59,543 nt of DNA from Propionibacterium sp. (GCA_012838755.1 DUOQ01000286.1:1-59543); one strand, 5' to 3'. Positions 7,996-18,958 are shown, counted from the first letter of the stretch. Notes: generated by a model from the sequence alone, not told the origin. Translations and numbers: made by a program.

Positions 7996-8712
7996 TCAGA
8001 CCGTGCCCAGCCCAGTGCGCGGGAACTCGACGCGGGCCTGGTCGGCGATCCGCTTCATCATGGCGAGGTCGATGCCGGCGCCGAAGACGCCACCGGCGAG
8101 CGGGACGAGCTTGCCGACGCGGGCGAAGACCCGCTCGCCGACCGACCGCAGGATGCGGAAGCCGACGGCCTTCTGGATCACCATCAGGGCCGACTTGGGC
8201 AGGTTCTTGCCGGCCACGTTCAGCGCCGCGCCGCCGCCGACGGAGACGCCGGCCTTGGCCAGCACGTCGGAGGAGTTGGATCCGATCAGCGTCAGCAGCA
8301 CGGCGGTGCGGATGCGGTCGTCGGCGACGTCGTGCCCGCGCAGGTGTGCGATGGCCGCGGTCATGCGGGTCGCCTGCACGTAGAACTCGAAGACATTGGC
8401 CGGGATCGCCACGACCATCGTCAGGAAGCCGCCCAGCGAGGTGAGGAAGCCACCGGCGGCGCCGCCGACCAGGTGCTGCCTCACGACGGCGTCGACCGCC
8501 GCCTCGACGTCGCCGTTCGCTTTGGCGAGGGCCTTGTCGGCGACCTCGCGGGCCCCGCTGAACCGGCTGACGCCCTCGATGCCCACCCCGGTGAGCTGCT
8601 TGATCAGGTTGGTGATCGCGTCGTCGTTGCCGCTCGGGTCGTTCGCCTCATCCAGCGCGGAGCGCGTGATCTCGATCTCCTCGTCGCGGCGGAACATGTC
8701 GAACAGGCCCAT
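7996..8712 (-). CDS. EcsC-family protein
   Basis: GGFLTSLGG..VAIPANV..QATRMTAAIAHLRG, KLVPLAGGVFGAGID. Confidence 0.75.
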   Translation of the reverse strand: MGLFDMFRRDEEIEITRSALDEANDPSGNDDAITNLIKQLTGVGIEGVSRFSGAREVADKALAKANGDVEAAVDAVVRQHLVGGAAGGFLTSLGGFLTMVVAIPANVFEFYVQATRMTAAIAHLRGHDVADDRIRTAVLLTLIGSNSSDVLAKAGVSVGGGAALNVAGKNLPKSALMVIQKAVGFRILRSVGERVFARVGKLVPLAGGVFGAGIDLAMMKRIADQARVEFPRTGLGTV

Positions 8713-8810
8713 GGCTGCCCCTTTCGTCGGACGCCGCGCGCTCACGCGGCCACCCCCCGACCTTTCCGCACCTGGGCCCCCAACTCAAGGGCTGGCTACG
8801 AGATTCAGGG

Positions 8811-9734
8811 TCACCTCCGGGAAATCAGGGCCCTCCCCAGCAGCGCCAGGTTGGCCGGCTTCTCCGCGAGGCGACGCATGTAGTAGCCGTACCAGTCGAC
8901 CCCGTAGGGCACGTACACCCGGACGCGGTGGCCCTCGCGCGCCAGCCGCAACTGCTCCTCGGGCCGCACCCCGTACAGCATCTGGAACTCGTAGCTGCCC
9001 GGCTCACGCCCCGCGACCAGCAGCTGGCCCAGCGAAGCGGTGATCATCCGCGGGTCGTGGGTCGCGATCATCGGGTAGGCGCCCCCGTCGAGCAGCACCG
9101 TCAGGCACCGCTGGAACGCCTCGCCGATCGCCTGCGGCGTCTGGTGCGCGACCCGCTCGGGCTCGGCGTAGGCACCCTTGCACAGGCGGACGCGGGAGCC
9201 CTCCCCGCCGTAGCGCGCCGCGTCCGCCTCGGTGCGGAACAGCATCGCCTGCAGCACCAGCCCGGTGTCGGGGAACTCGCGGCGAAGCGCGTCCACCAGG
9301 CCGTGCATGCCGTCGAGGGTGGTGTGGTCCTCGGCGTCGAAGGTGACGGTCGTGCCGGCCTCGGCGGCGGCCGAGACGATGCGGCCGGCATTCTCGGCGG
9401 CGAGGTGGACCCCGCCGGGCAGTCCTTGGCCGATGGCGCTGGCCTTGACCGAGATCTCGGCCACGTCGGTCAGGCCCTCGTCGGCCATTCGGCGCACCAG
9501 CGCGATGTTCGACTCGGTGGCGGCGAGCGCGGCGGCCTGGCTGGTCGTGTCCTCACCGAGGTGGTCGATGGTTGCGAGGCGTCCGGACGCCCTGATCTCG
9601 CGGATGGCGCGCACCGCGTCGTCGACGTCCTCCCCCGGGACGAACCGGTCGACCGTGCGGCGCACCACGGGCATCCGGGTGGCCAGGTCGCGCACGACAT
9701 GGTTGCGCGAGGCGGCCAGCAGTAGGTTCTTCAT
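8811..9734 (-). CDS. Proline dehydrogenase (monofunctional)
   Basis: RFVPGE, DHLGE, VRLCKGAY, IATHD, EFQMLYG, RVYVPYG..WYGYYMRRLAE. Confidence 0.93.
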   Translation of the reverse strand: MKNLLLAASRNHVVRDLATRMPVVRRTVDRFVPGEDVDDAVRAIREIRASGRLATIDHLGEDTTSQAAALAATESNIALVRRMADEGLTDVAEISVKASAIGQGLPGGVHLAAENAGRIVSAAAEAGTTVTFDAEDHTTLDGMHGLVDALRREFPDTGLVLQAMLFRTEADAARYGGEGSRVRLCKGAYAEPERVAHQTPQAIGEAFQRCLTVLLDGGAYPMIATHDPRMITASLGQLLVAGREPGSYEFQMLYGVRPEEQLRLAREGHRVRVYVPYGVDWYGYYMRRLAEKPANLALLGRALISRR

Positions 9735-9810
9735 CGAGGCCTCCTGACAGGAAGAAGGTGGGCGCGGGGTTGCCGCGCCCACCCAATCTATCGCCTGTCG
9801 GCGGGGTCGT

Positions 9811-11133
9811 TCACTCCTGCGGCTTGGCGCCGTTCTCCTCGGCTGCGCGCTGCTCGGCGGCCCTGCGGATTGCGTGGGTGTCGAGCTTGTCCTGGCCCTG
9901 CAGACGGTCGTGGGACACGAACCGCTCGGGGTGCTGGTCGACGTAGCGGTCGTGGGTCTCGTGGGCTGCGTCGAGAAGGTCGAGGAGCTCCTGCTCGCGG
10001 AAGATCTCGTCCTTGTACTTCTCGTCCATGACGAGCAGCGCCGCCTCCTCCTTCAGCAGCGAGCGGTAGATCTTCTCGCGGTGGTCGGGGTCGGCGTCGA
10101 AACCGGTCTCGAGGTACTCCTTGGCGTGGCGGCGGGCGTTCTTGATCGTGGTGAGCGCCTTTCCGCGGGCCGACATCAGGGACATGACGATGACGACGAT
10201 CAGGGTGCCGACGATGACGCCGAGCGACAGCTCCGTGGTGACCTCGATCACCGGCACGTGCTCGCCACCGTTGATGAACGGGACGTTGTTCTCGTGCAGG
10301 GCGTGCAGGATGAGCTTCACGCCGATGAAGCCCAGGATGATTGCGAGGCCGTACTTGAGGTAGATCAGGCGGTCGAGCAGGCCGTCGATCAGGAAGTAGA
10401 GCTGGCGCAGGCCGAGCAGCGAGAACGCGACGGCGGTGAACACGATGTAGGTGTTCTGCGTGAGGCCGAAGATCGCGGGGATCGAGTCGAGGGCGAACAT
10501 GACGTCGGTGCCACCGATGGCGATCATGACCAGCAGCAGTGGGGTCATGGCCTTCTTGCCGTTCTCGATCGTGAACAGCTTGTCGCCATCGTAGTGGTCG
10601 GACGTGTGCATGACGCGCTTGGCCAACCGGATGATGAAGTTGTTCGCCTCGGCCGTCTCGGAGTCGTCCTCGTCCTTCTCGGGCTTGATCAGGTTGCCGG
10701 CGGTGACCAGCAGGATGAGGCCGAAGATGTAGAACACCCAGGCGAAGCTGTTGATCAGGGCCGCGCCCAGGAAGATGAAGCCGGTGCGGAAGATCAGGGA
10801 GACCACGATGCCGAACATCAGCACCAGCTGCTGGTTCTGCCGCGGCACCTTGAAGCTCGCCATGATGATCAGGAAGACGAACAGGTTGTCGACCGAGAGG
10901 CTCAGCTCGGTGATGTAGCCGGCGTAGTACTCGATGCCGGACTTCTGGCCCATCGAGAACCAGACCCACCCACCGAAAAGCATGGCGATCGAGACGTAGA
11001 TGGCCGTCCACTTCGCGGCCTCGCCGATCGTGGGGATATGGGCCTTGCGGACGTGGAAGATGAAGTCGAACGCCAGCAAGGCGATGATGAAGATGGCGGT
11101 GGCGATCCACACGGTCACTGACACGTCGGTCAT
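9811..11133 (-). CDS. TerC/Alx family membrane protein with a long charged C-terminal tail
   Basis: ELSLSVDNLFVF, DVMFALDSIPAIFG, LLGLRQLYF. Confidence 0.93.
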   Translation of the reverse strand: MTDVSVTVWIATAIFIIALLAFDFIFHVRKAHIPTIGEAAKWTAIYVSIAMLFGGWVWFSMGQKSGIEYYAGYITELSLSVDNLFVFLIIMASFKVPRQNQQLVLMFGIVVSLIFRTGFIFLGAALINSFAWVFYIFGLILLVTAGNLIKPEKDEDDSETAEANNFIIRLAKRVMHTSDHYDGDKLFTIENGKKAMTPLLLVMIAIGGTDVMFALDSIPAIFGLTQNTYIVFTAVAFSLLGLRQLYFLIDGLLDRLIYLKYGLAIILGFIGVKLILHALHENNVPFINGGEHVPVIEVTTELSLGVIVGTLIVVIVMSLMSARGKALTTIKNARRHAKEYLETGFDADPDHREKIYRSLLKEEAALLVMDEKYKDEIFREQELLDLLDAAHETHDRYVDQHPERFVSHDRLQGQDKLDTHAIRRAAEQRAAEENGAKPQE

Positions 11134-11282
11134 GGAGGCCCTTTCCGGTTGGACGAGCAAGGGGCGCTGTTTCCCGTCCGTGGCGGGGCCCGCTATCGGA
11201 GCAGTCTAACGACGGGGAGCAACGGACGGCGGCAGGTTGCCAAACCTGCCGCCATCCTCGGGGAATTGCGCCCGGACACGCG

Positions 11283-13007
11283 TCAGAGGCGCGCCTGCCA
11301 CTTGTCGGCCCACACGAGGTCGTTGGGCGTCCCGTGGAACTCGCTGCGGCCCTCGAGCTTGTCGATGGTGGCCAGCACGTTGGCGTCGTTGGGGTGGTAC
11401 GCGTTCACGTAGCACTTGACCATCGTCGCGTCGTGCAGGTGGGTGGTGAAGTTGTGGCTGACCATGAAGGTCGGCACCTCCCAGACGTACCAGGGCACCT
11501 CATTGCTCATGGCCGTCTTCCACTGGATCCGGTAGTTGTTCTGTGCGCCGTAGCCGATCACCTCGGCGAGCACGATCGCGGCGTCCACCTCGTCGCGGTA
11601 CGTCAGGGTCGGTCCCTTGACGCGCGTGGAGCCGTCGTTGACGGTCACCTCGTAACCGCGCTCGGTGAGCACCTCGATGTACTTGTTCAGCATCGCGGGG
11701 TCGCCGCCGCCGGTGATGCCGCCGACCTCGCCGGTCAGGTGGTACAGCCGGATCCGCTTGTGGTCGGTCGGGTTGAGCGGCAGCTGGTCGAGGGTGTTCT
11801 TGACCAGGGTGATGCCCTTGTCGGCGGCGTCCGAGCGCATCGCGAGGTGCTCGTCGCAGCCCACGACCTCGAGGTCGGACGCCGTGCGCAGCAGGGTGCC
11901 GGCCTCCCGCTTCTCGTGCAGGCGGAGCTTGGCCTTGAGGCCGAGGATGCGCCGGTTGGCGTCGTCGAGGCGTTCCTTGGTGATGACTCCCTTCTCGACG
12001 CCCGCCTTCATGAACCCGAAGTCCTCCTCCAGGTTGTTGAAGAACAGGAAGCAGTCGCAGCCGGCGGCGATCGCTGCGGGCACGTAGTCCTCGCGGCGCA
12101 TGGCCGAGGTCATGCCGAGCATGTGCGAGGCGTCCGTGATGACCGCGCCGTTGAAGCCCAGCTGGGTCTTGAGCAGCCCGTTGATGAGTTCGGACGCCAG
12201 CGTGGCGGGCAGGATGTCGGCGTCCGCCAGCGACGGGTCGAGCTTCTGCTGGTAGTGGGGCAGGGCGATGTGCCCGGCCATGACCATCTCCACGCCGTTG
12301 TCGATGTGGGCGCGGTAGACCTTGCCGAAGGACTCGTCCCACTCGTCCGGCTGCAGCTCGTTGACGCCGAGGACGAGGTGCTGGTCGCGCTCCTCGGTGC
12401 CGTCACCGGGCCAGTGCTTGACACAGGTGAGGATCCCCGACTCCCGCTGGCCCTCCACGAACGGGATCGTGTACTTGATCACGTCGTCGGCGGTGGTGCC
12501 GTAGGCGCGGGTGTTCACGATCGTGTTGCGCCAGTTGACCAGGATGTCGACGCACGGGTCGAAGTTGAGGTTGGCGCCGATGGCGTCCATCTCGCGCCCC
12601 GACACGTAGCCGGCGTTGCGGGCCACCTCGACCGACCCCGACGCCTCGGTCTGGGCGCCCGAGGCGATGTAGGTGCCGTCCTTCATGGCGCCGTTGCCGC
12701 CGGAGTCGCAGTTGGCCGCGATCAGCAGCGGGATCTTCGATGCGGTCTGCAGCCGGTTGAGCAGCTCCTGCACCTGGTCGGACGTGCCGCCGTGGTAGCG
12801 GGCCACGCCGACGGGGAACTTCTCGAGGATCTGCTCGGCGGTGTAGGAGTTGCCCGAGAACGAGTCCTCCCCGAAGAAGAACAGGTTGGTGAACAGCTGC
12901 CCGACCTGCTCGTCGAGGGTCATGGATGCGAGGGTCTCCTCGACCCAGGCCACCTGGCCCTCGTCGAGGTCGTACGGGCTGGCGGTGAGGTCAACGAGTT
13001 CGGCCAT
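11283..13007 (-). CDS. Glycoside hydrolase family 3 (beta-hexosaminidase-like)
   Basis: KHWPGDG, LLKTQLGFNGAVITDA, RLDDANRRILGLK. Confidence 0.9.
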   Translation of the reverse strand: MAELVDLTASPYDLDEGQVAWVEETLASMTLDEQVGQLFTNLFFFGEDSFSGNSYTAEQILEKFPVGVARYHGGTSDQVQELLNRLQTASKIPLLIAANCDSGGNGAMKDGTYIASGAQTEASGSVEVARNAGYVSGREMDAIGANLNFDPCVDILVNWRNTIVNTRAYGTTADDVIKYTIPFVEGQRESGILTCVKHWPGDGTEERDQHLVLGVNELQPDEWDESFGKVYRAHIDNGVEMVMAGHIALPHYQQKLDPSLADADILPATLASELINGLLKTQLGFNGAVITDASHMLGMTSAMRREDYVPAAIAAGCDCFLFFNNLEEDFGFMKAGVEKGVITKERLDDANRRILGLKAKLRLHEKREAGTLLRTASDLEVVGCDEHLAMRSDAADKGITLVKNTLDQLPLNPTDHKRIRLYHLTGEVGGITGGGDPAMLNKYIEVLTERGYEVTVNDGSTRVKGPTLTYRDEVDAAIVLAEVIGYGAQNNYRIQWKTAMSNEVPWYVWEVPTFMVSHNFTTHLHDATMVKCYVNAYHPNDANVLATIDKLEGRSEFHGTPNDLVWADKWQARL

Positions 13008-13008
13008 G

Positions 13009-13947
13009 TCACTTCACCTTCGGCATCGGGACGGCCTTGTCGCCGGAGATGGTCTCCCAGGGGACCTCGCCGGGCAGGTAGCTGTTGAACTCCTCGATGA
13101 GCTTGGCCTGGTACTCGCCCTCGAATGTGCCGTCGAGGAACTTGCCCAGCGCCTCGTCCTTGAAGCGGGCCCACGAGTACTTCTCGTTGCCCGGCAGGAT
13201 CGGGTAGTACAGGCACTCGGCCTTGGCGGCAGCGTCGCGGTCACCCGGGGCGTCACCGATCAGCATGATCTTGTCGGCGTCGTACTTGCCCTTCGCCGCG
13301 TACTGGACGTGCTCGGCCTTGGAGCCCATCTCCTGGCCGGCGATGACCTTCACGTACTTGGCGAGGTCATGGGCGTTCCACTCGTAGGTGAGCGCGTGCA
13401 GCGGCGTGGCCGAGACGGTTATCTGGTCCACGCCGACCTCTTGCATGGCCTCCATGGCCTCGCGGACGCCGGGGAACGGGCCACAGCCGTGCACCATGTC
13501 GGCGATGCGCTGGTTCACGTCGTCGCCCCACGCGATCATGCGGTCGACCGTCGGGGACGGGTTCTTCTCGGCGAACGCGGCCAGGCCCTTGTCGGAGAGC
13601 GGGAACTCGGAGTTGATGAAGTCGTCGAGCTCGGGGTACGGCGGGACCTTCACGCCACGTTCCTCCACCTCGACCCGGTCGCGCAGCAGGTTGAGCAGTT
13701 GGCGCAGGGCCAGCCAGCGGTTGAGGCCGCGGGTGATCGACCCGAGGTTGACGAACAGGGCCGTCTGGCGCGCCAGCGTCGAGACCGGCTGGAGGTCCCA
13801 GGCCTGGATGGAGGCGGGGGTGAAGCACTCGAGGTGCTTGATGTCCATGGCGTCCATGGCGCACCCGTCGGAGTCGATGCCGACGAAGTACTTCTCGGTC
13901 GGGACGAAGTCGACGAGCACCTGGGCGGCTTCGGGATGCTGGCTCAC
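13009..13947 (-). CDS. HAD-superfamily hydrolase
   Basis: GIDSDG motif I, VSAT, K, LIGDAPGD. Confidence 0.85.
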   Translation of the reverse strand: MSQHPEAAQVLVDFVPTEKYFVGIDSDGCAMDAMDIKHLECFTPASIQAWDLQPVSTLARQTALFVNLGSITRGLNRWLALRQLLNLLRDRVEVEERGVKVPPYPELDDFINSEFPLSDKGLAAFAEKNPSPTVDRMIAWGDDVNQRIADMVHGCGPFPGVREAMEAMQEVGVDQITVSATPLHALTYEWNAHDLAKYVKVIAGQEMGSKAEHVQYAAKGKYDADKIMLIGDAPGDRDAAAKAECLYYPILPGNEKYSWARFKDEALGKFLDGTFEGEYQAKLIEEFNSYLPGEVPWETISGDKAVPMPKVK

Positions 13948-14054
13948 TGAGGCTCTCCTTTGGCAGGCGGAAATATGGCTTCATTGTCGCCAAGGGGCCG
14001 GGACCCCGCTGGGGTTCCGTGGTATTGCCTCGGGGGGCCCGGGGGCGCGCCCGG

Positions 14055-14720
14055 TCAGAAGAGGCCGTGGACCAGCTCGACGGTGAGGGCGTCGAGGTCG
14101 TCGATGACCGCGTGCGCGCGGTCGAGCACCTCGGCGGCCGGCGGGTGGAACCGCGGCGGCACCACGACGGTGCGCATCCCCGCGGCGAGGGCCGACTTCA
14201 CGCCGTTGGTGGAGTCCTCGATCGCCACGCACGTCGTGGGGTCGACACCCAGCCGTGACGCGGCCTCCAAGAACCCGTCCGGGTGCGGCTTGCCGCGCTC
14301 GACCTCCTCGGTCGACACCACGACGCCCACCAGGTCGCGGACGCCCAGCAGGTCCAGCCCGGCCTCGATCAGTTCCGGCGGGGAGCTCGATGCCACCGCG
14401 AGCGGGGCGATCGCGGCCATGCGGCGCACGGCGTCCACGGCCCCGGGCAGCACCGGGATGCGACCGGAGCGGTAGGCGTCCGCCATGCCGTCGATGGTGC
14501 GGCGACCCGCCTCGTGGGCGGTCCCGCGCAGGCCGACGGCCTCGACGAGGTACGCCGTCCATTCGGGGGTGCTCATGCCCATCATCGCCTGCGTGGCCTC
14601 CCCCGGCCACGGGACGCCGTCGGCCTCGGCCAGGCCGCGGCGCACGACGTCCCACTCCTCCTCGGAGTCGGTGAGAGTGCCGTCCATGTCGAAGACGATC
14701 GCGTGGGGCAGGGCTTCCAT
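14055..14720 (-). CDS. HAD-family phosphatase (subfamily IA)
   Basis: FDMDGTL, ASSS, GKPHPD, IEDSTNG. Confidence 0.92.
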   Translation of the reverse strand: MEALPHAIVFDMDGTLTDSEEEWDVVRRGLAEADGVPWPGEATQAMMGMSTPEWTAYLVEAVGLRGTAHEAGRRTIDGMADAYRSGRIPVLPGAVDAVRRMAAIAPLAVASSSPPELIEAGLDLLGVRDLVGVVVSTEEVERGKPHPDGFLEAASRLGVDPTTCVAIEDSTNGVKSALAAGMRTVVVPPRFHPPAAEVLDRAHAVIDDLDALTVELVHGLF

Positions 14721-14730
14721 GGACGCCAGC

Positions 14731-15408
14731 CTAGGACAGCCGCCAGTCGATGGGGGCGGCCCCCTGGGCCTCGAGGGCGGCGTTGGCCCGGGAGAAGGGC
14801 CGCGAGCCGAAGAAGCCCGAGCGGGCCGACAGGGGGGAGGGGTGCGCCGACGCGATGACGGGCACCTGTCCCAGGCGCGGGGTGAGGGACTGGGCGTCGC
14901 GTCCCCACAGGATCGCCACGAGCGGGCCGCCCCGTTCGACGAGCGCGTCGATGGCCCGGTCGGTGACCACCTCCCAGCCCTTGCCGCGGTGGGACGCCGG
15001 CGCCCCCGGTCGAACGGTCAGGCAGCGGTTGAGCAGCAGGACGCCCCGCTCGAACCAGGCGCTGAGGTCGCCGTGCTCGGCCGGGGGGATGCCCAGGTCG
15101 GTGGACACCTCGGCGTAGATGTTCCGCAGGGAGCGGGGGATCGGCCGGACCTCCCCGGCCACCGAGAACGACAGCCCGACCGCGTGGCCCGGGGTGGGGT
15201 AGGGGTCCTGCCCGATGATCAGGACGCGGACGTCGGCGAGCGGCCGGGTGAAGGCGCGCAGCACGTTCTCCCCGGCGGGCAGGTAGGACCGGCCAGCGGC
15301 GACCTCCGCGCGGAGGAACGCGCCCATCGTGGACACCTGGTCCGCGACGGGGGCCAGGGCCTCGGCCCAGTCGGGGGCGACGAGTTCGGCGAGTGGGCGA
15401 GCGGTCAC
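14731..15408 (-). CDS. ung: Uracil-DNA glycosylase
   Basis: GQDPYP, GVLLLN, HPSPLS. Confidence 0.96.
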   Translation of the reverse strand: MTARPLAELVAPDWAEALAPVADQVSTMGAFLRAEVAAGRSYLPAGENVLRAFTRPLADVRVLIIGQDPYPTPGHAVGLSFSVAGEVRPIPRSLRNIYAEVSTDLGIPPAEHGDLSAWFERGVLLLNRCLTVRPGAPASHRGKGWEVVTDRAIDALVERGGPLVAILWGRDAQSLTPRLGQVPVIASAHPSPLSARSGFFGSRPFSRANAALEAQGAAPIDWRLS

Positions 15409-15461
15409 GCAGATCAGGCTAGCCCGGCAGTAGGCTGTGCCCCGCCCGGAAGGAGCACCCC

Positions 15462-16649
15462 GTGCCGTTGATCCCCACCCTCCGCCGTCTGCTGGGGCCT
15501 GAACCCACCCCTCGGCCCGCCGAGCCGGTGGTCGTCCAGGTCCCCGTCCCCGAGCAGGACCGTCGGGCCGACCTCGAGCCCGACATCCCGCGCGGCCTGA
15601 CCGTCGCCGCCGGCTACGCCTGGCGGCTGGCAGCCCTCGCCGTGGGCGTGTACGGGCTCTACTGGCTCCTGTCGTACTTCAGCCAGATCACGGTCCCGGT
15701 CGGGATCGCGATCCTCCTCGCCGCCATGCTGTACCCCCTGACCCAGATCCTGCGGCGGCTGAAGTGGCCGCCCGCGCTGGCTGCGATCACGGCGCTGTTC
15801 GTGCTGGTCCTGGTGGTCGTCGGCCTGCTGGGCTTCGTCGGGCAGCAGGTCGCCGCCGAGTGGCCCGAACTGCTCGAGCAGTCGCGGGAGGGGTTCCAGG
15901 CGCTGGTGGCCTGGCTGGGCACGCTGCCGTTCGGCATCGACGACGCCCGCCTCAACGAGTGGATCGCGCAGGGCACCGCGTGGCTGCAGACCCAGGCGTC
16001 GGTGCTGGCGGGCGCCGCCGCGAGCTTCGGTGCCGCCTTCGGCAGCTTCTTCGCCGGGTTGGCCACCGCTCTCGTGGCCGCCTTCTTCTTCGCCTACCAG
16101 GGCCGACAGATCTTCGCCGGCTCGGTCAACGTGCTCGTCCCGCGCCACTACCGCACCTCGGTCGACTCCGCGGCCCTGAGGGGTTGGACGTCCCTGGTCG
16201 CCTACATGCGCTCGGCCGTGATCGTCGCCGCCGTGGACGCCTCCGGCGTCGCCCTGGCCGCGTTCATCCTGCAGGTGCCGCTGGTCGCGGCGCTGTTCGC
16301 GCTGACGTTCTTCCTGTCGTTCATCCCGATCGTGGGTGCCACCCTCGCGGGTGCCGTCGCCGTCGCGCTGGCCCTGGTCAGCCACGGCTGGGTGACGGCG
16401 CTGATCATGCTGGGAGCGGTCATCGTGGTCATGCAGTTGGAGAGCACCTTCCTCCAGCCGCTGGTCATGGGCAAGGCGGTCGACCTGCACCCGCTCGCGG
16501 TGCTGCTCGGCATCACCGCCGGCGCGATCATCTCGGGCATCCTGGGCGCGCTCGTCGCGATCCCGGTGCTGGCCTTCGGCGTCGCCTTCGTGCGCGCGCT
16601 GCGCAACCCGCAATCCTCATCGGACGCTTCGCCGCACACCCCGGCCTGA
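15462..16649 (+). CDS. AI-2E family transporter
   Basis: Multi-TM; [21 protein letters not shown]. Confidence 0.9.
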   Translation: MPLIPTLRRLLGPEPTPRPAEPVVVQVPVPEQDRRADLEPDIPRGLTVAAGYAWRLAALAVGVYGLYWLLSYFSQITVPVGIAILLAAMLYPLTQILRRLKWPPALAAITALFVLVLVVVGLLGFVGQQVAAEWPELLEQSREGFQALVAWLGTLPFGIDDARLNEWIAQGTAWLQTQASVLAGAAASFGAAFGSFFAGLATALVAAFFFAYQGRQIFAGSVNVLVPRHYRTSVDSAALRGWTSLVAYMRSAVIVAAVDASGVALAAFILQVPLVAALFALTFFLSFIPIVGATLAGAVAVALALVSHGWVTALIMLGAVIVVMQLESTFLQPLVMGKAVDLHPLAVLLGITAGAIISGILGALVAIPVLAFGVAFVRALRNPQSSSDASPHTPA

Positions 16650-16757
16650 GGGCTGCCCGGCGCGTTGGCGGGACGCGGGCAGGCCACCCACCCCGATCAG
16701 GGTCTGGTCAGGGGCGAGGGGCTTTCGCGAATGTAAAGGCGCCCTTATCATTTTGGC

Positions 16758-17549
16758 ATGAGCGACCCCGACCTCAGTCAGATCCTCGCCGACCTCGCCG
16801 CCGGCACCATCGACGCCGCCGAGGCCGCCCGCCGCATCGAGGCGGCCCAGATGGCCCACGCCCCCCAGGACGCCGAGCGCGACCCCATCGACGAGCCCGC
16901 GGGCCCCACCGGCGTGAAGGGCACCGAGCGCCTCACCATCCGCGCCGTCGGACGCCGGGTCACCGTCGTCGGGGACGCGGGCGTCGCCACCGCCTCGGTC
17001 ACCGGGGAGCACGTGCTGCGCCGCCAGGGCGACGTGATGGAGATCTCCGCCGACGGGGAGGTCGGTCCGAAGCTCGAGGGGTTCAGCGTGCTGAACCCGC
17101 CCAAGAGCCTCGACGACCTCCGCGGCCTCACCTTCGCGCGCGGGCTGACCGTGCGGGTGAACCCCGCCATCGAGGTCGACATCGAGCTCACCGCCGGCAG
17201 CCTCAACGTGAGCGGTGTCCCGTTCCTGGGTCGCGTCCGGGTGACGGCCGGCGGCGTGGCCGTCACCGGCGTCCGGCGCGTGGTGGACGCCCTTGTGCAG
17301 GCCGGGTCGGGCACCTTCGAGGGCCCGATCAACACGGGGCGTTCGCGGATCAAGATCGAGTCCGGTTCGCTGACCCTGGGGCTGGAGAAGCGTGCCTCGG
17401 TGACCGTGCGGTCCCAGACCCAGCTCGGCCGGGTCGTGTGGCCCGACGACGGGGGGGCCCCGGACGAGGTCGTGTTCGGCAACGGCTCCGCCCGGCTCGA
17501 CCTGGAGGTCGTCATGGGCAGCGCCACGGTGAGGAAGGTCGACGCGTGA
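16758..17549 (+). CDS. Hypothetical protein with beta-repeat (DUF4097/adhesin-like) C-terminus
   Basis: Coding-like ORF; N-terminal 'ILADLAAGTIDAAEA' motif; coupled to the DUF2089 gene. Confidence 0.7.
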   Translation: MSDPDLSQILADLAAGTIDAAEAARRIEAAQMAHAPQDAERDPIDEPAGPTGVKGTERLTIRAVGRRVTVVGDAGVATASVTGEHVLRRQGDVMEISADGEVGPKLEGFSVLNPPKSLDDLRGLTFARGLTVRVNPAIEVDIELTAGSLNVSGVPFLGRVRVTAGGVAVTGVRRVVDALVQAGSGTFEGPINTGRSRIKIESGSLTLGLEKRASVTVRSQTQLGRVVWPDDGGAPDEVVFGNGSARLDLEVVMGSATVRKVDA

Positions 17550-18022
17550 GCGCCCCGCACACCCACCGAGCCCTCGCCGACTGCCCGGTCTGCGGGGAGG
17601 ACCTGGCCACCACGCGCCTCGGGTGTGCGTCGTGCGGCACCGAGCTGGTCGGGCACTTCGCGCCGTGCCCGTTCTGCGCGCTCGACGACGCCGACCTCGA
17701 GGCCCTGAAGGTCTTCCTGGTCTCGCGCGGCAACCTCAAGGAGCTGCAGGCGCACCTCGGCGTCAGCTATCCGACCGCCCGGGCGCGGTTCAACGACCTG
17801 CTCGAGCGCCTCGGCTGGCTGGCGGAGGCCGACCCGGATCCCGAGGTGGCCGAGCAGGGCACCGAAGCAGGTCAGGACGCCGAACCGGACGCACCCGTCG
17901 ACCAGGCCGAGCCCGCGGCGGCCGGGACGCCCGACAGCATCCGCGACCAAGTGCTGGCGCAGGTGGCGTCCGGGGTGCTCTCGCCGGCCACGGCGGCCGA
18001 CCTGCTCAGCAAGCTGCGCTGA
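17546..18022 (+). CDS. DUF2089-family zinc-ribbon/HTH protein
   Basis: CPVCG..CASC, RGNLKEL..LGVSYPT; GTG overlaps the upstream stop. Confidence 0.85.
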   Translation: MSAPHTHRALADCPVCGEDLATTRLGCASCGTELVGHFAPCPFCALDDADLEALKVFLVSRGNLKELQAHLGVSYPTARARFNDLLERLGWLAEADPDPEVAEQGTEAGQDAEPDAPVDQAEPAAAGTPDSIRDQVLAQVASGVLSPATAADLLSKLR

Positions 18023-18031
18023 GCCCGCGGT

Positions 18032-18541
18032 TCAGCCGGAGAAGACGGAGAAGTCCAGGACGGTGACCTCGATGGTCTTGCCGTTGGGGGCCTCGTAGCT
18101 CACGGTCTCGCCCTTGCGCGCGCCGACCACGGCGCCGCCGAGCGGGGACTGGGGGCTGAAGACCTCGACCGCGGTGTCGGTCACGCCCATCAGCTCGCGC
18201 GAGCCGAGCAGGAAGATGTCGGTGTCGTCCTCGTCGCCGTCGTAGCAGATGGTGACGGTCATACCGGGGGTGACGGCATCCGCGGCCTCGGAGGGCTCGC
18301 CGATCTGGGCATCGCGCAGCATGGCCTCGAGCTGGCGGATCCGCGCCTCCTGCTGCCCTTGTTCCTCGCGCGCGGCGTGGTAGCCGCCGTTCTCGGAGAG
18401 GTCGCCCTCGTCGCGGGCCTGGGCGATCTTGGCCGTCACGGTCTCGCGGCCTTCGCCCTTGAGGAACTCGAGCTCGCCGGAGAGCTTGTCGTACGCCTCC
18501 TGGGTGAGCCACACGGTGGCCTGTGCTGCTGCTTCAGACAT
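18032..18541 (-). CDS. greA: Transcription elongation factor GreA
   Basis: EGDLSENGGYHAA, SPQSPLG. Confidence 0.96.
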   Translation of the reverse strand: MSEAAAQATVWLTQEAYDKLSGELEFLKGEGRETVTAKIAQARDEGDLSENGGYHAAREEQGQQEARIRQLEAMLRDAQIGEPSEAADAVTPGMTVTICYDGDEDDTDIFLLGSRELMGVTDTAVEVFSPQSPLGGAVVGARKGETVSYEAPNGKTIEVTVLDFSVFSG

Positions 18542-18553
18542 TCGACCAGCTTA

Positions 18554-18958
18554 TCAGCGGGGTGTGCAGCTCGAGATCTTGACCGAGGTGGCGCGCTGGA
18601 ACGTCTTGATGACGATGTCGTGGTCCTCGAGTTCCTCGGTGCCAGGACCGAGCTCGAGGTCGTACTGGCCGACGGTCTCGTACGACTCCGCCTGCGCGGT
18701 GATCGTGCACACGGCCGGACGCCCCGGGTCGGGCCGCTGGGTGGTCACCCGGACGTCCACGCTGGAGTCGGAGGTCACGGTCCACGTCACGATCTTGGCG
18801 CTGATCGGCGGGTTGGCCCCGTACAGCGCCGACCACGTCAGCCACGTGCCGCCGACCCCGGCCAGGACGACGGCGAGCACGACCCACAGCCAGCGCGGCG
18901 TCCGGCTCGGGGGGTAGCGGCGCGCGATGCGCTGGGCGTCGGTCTCGGTGGTGGACAT
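18554..18958 (-). CDS. DUF4307-family membrane protein
   Basis: Single TM; typical position between greA and mca in actinobacteria. Confidence 0.75.
   Translation of the reverse strand: MSTTETDAQRIARRYPPSRTPRWLWVVLAVVLAGVGGTWLTWSALYGANPPISAKIVTWTVTSDSSVDVRVTTQRPDPGRPAVCTITAQAESYETVGQYDLELGPGTEELEDHDIVIKTFQRATSVKISSCTPR

Noticed and set aside
11134-11280. yybP-ykoY (Mn) riboswitch expected upstream of TerC/Alx
   Set aside because: The conserved GGGGAGUA..GUCA..GAGACC elements were not found on the minus strand
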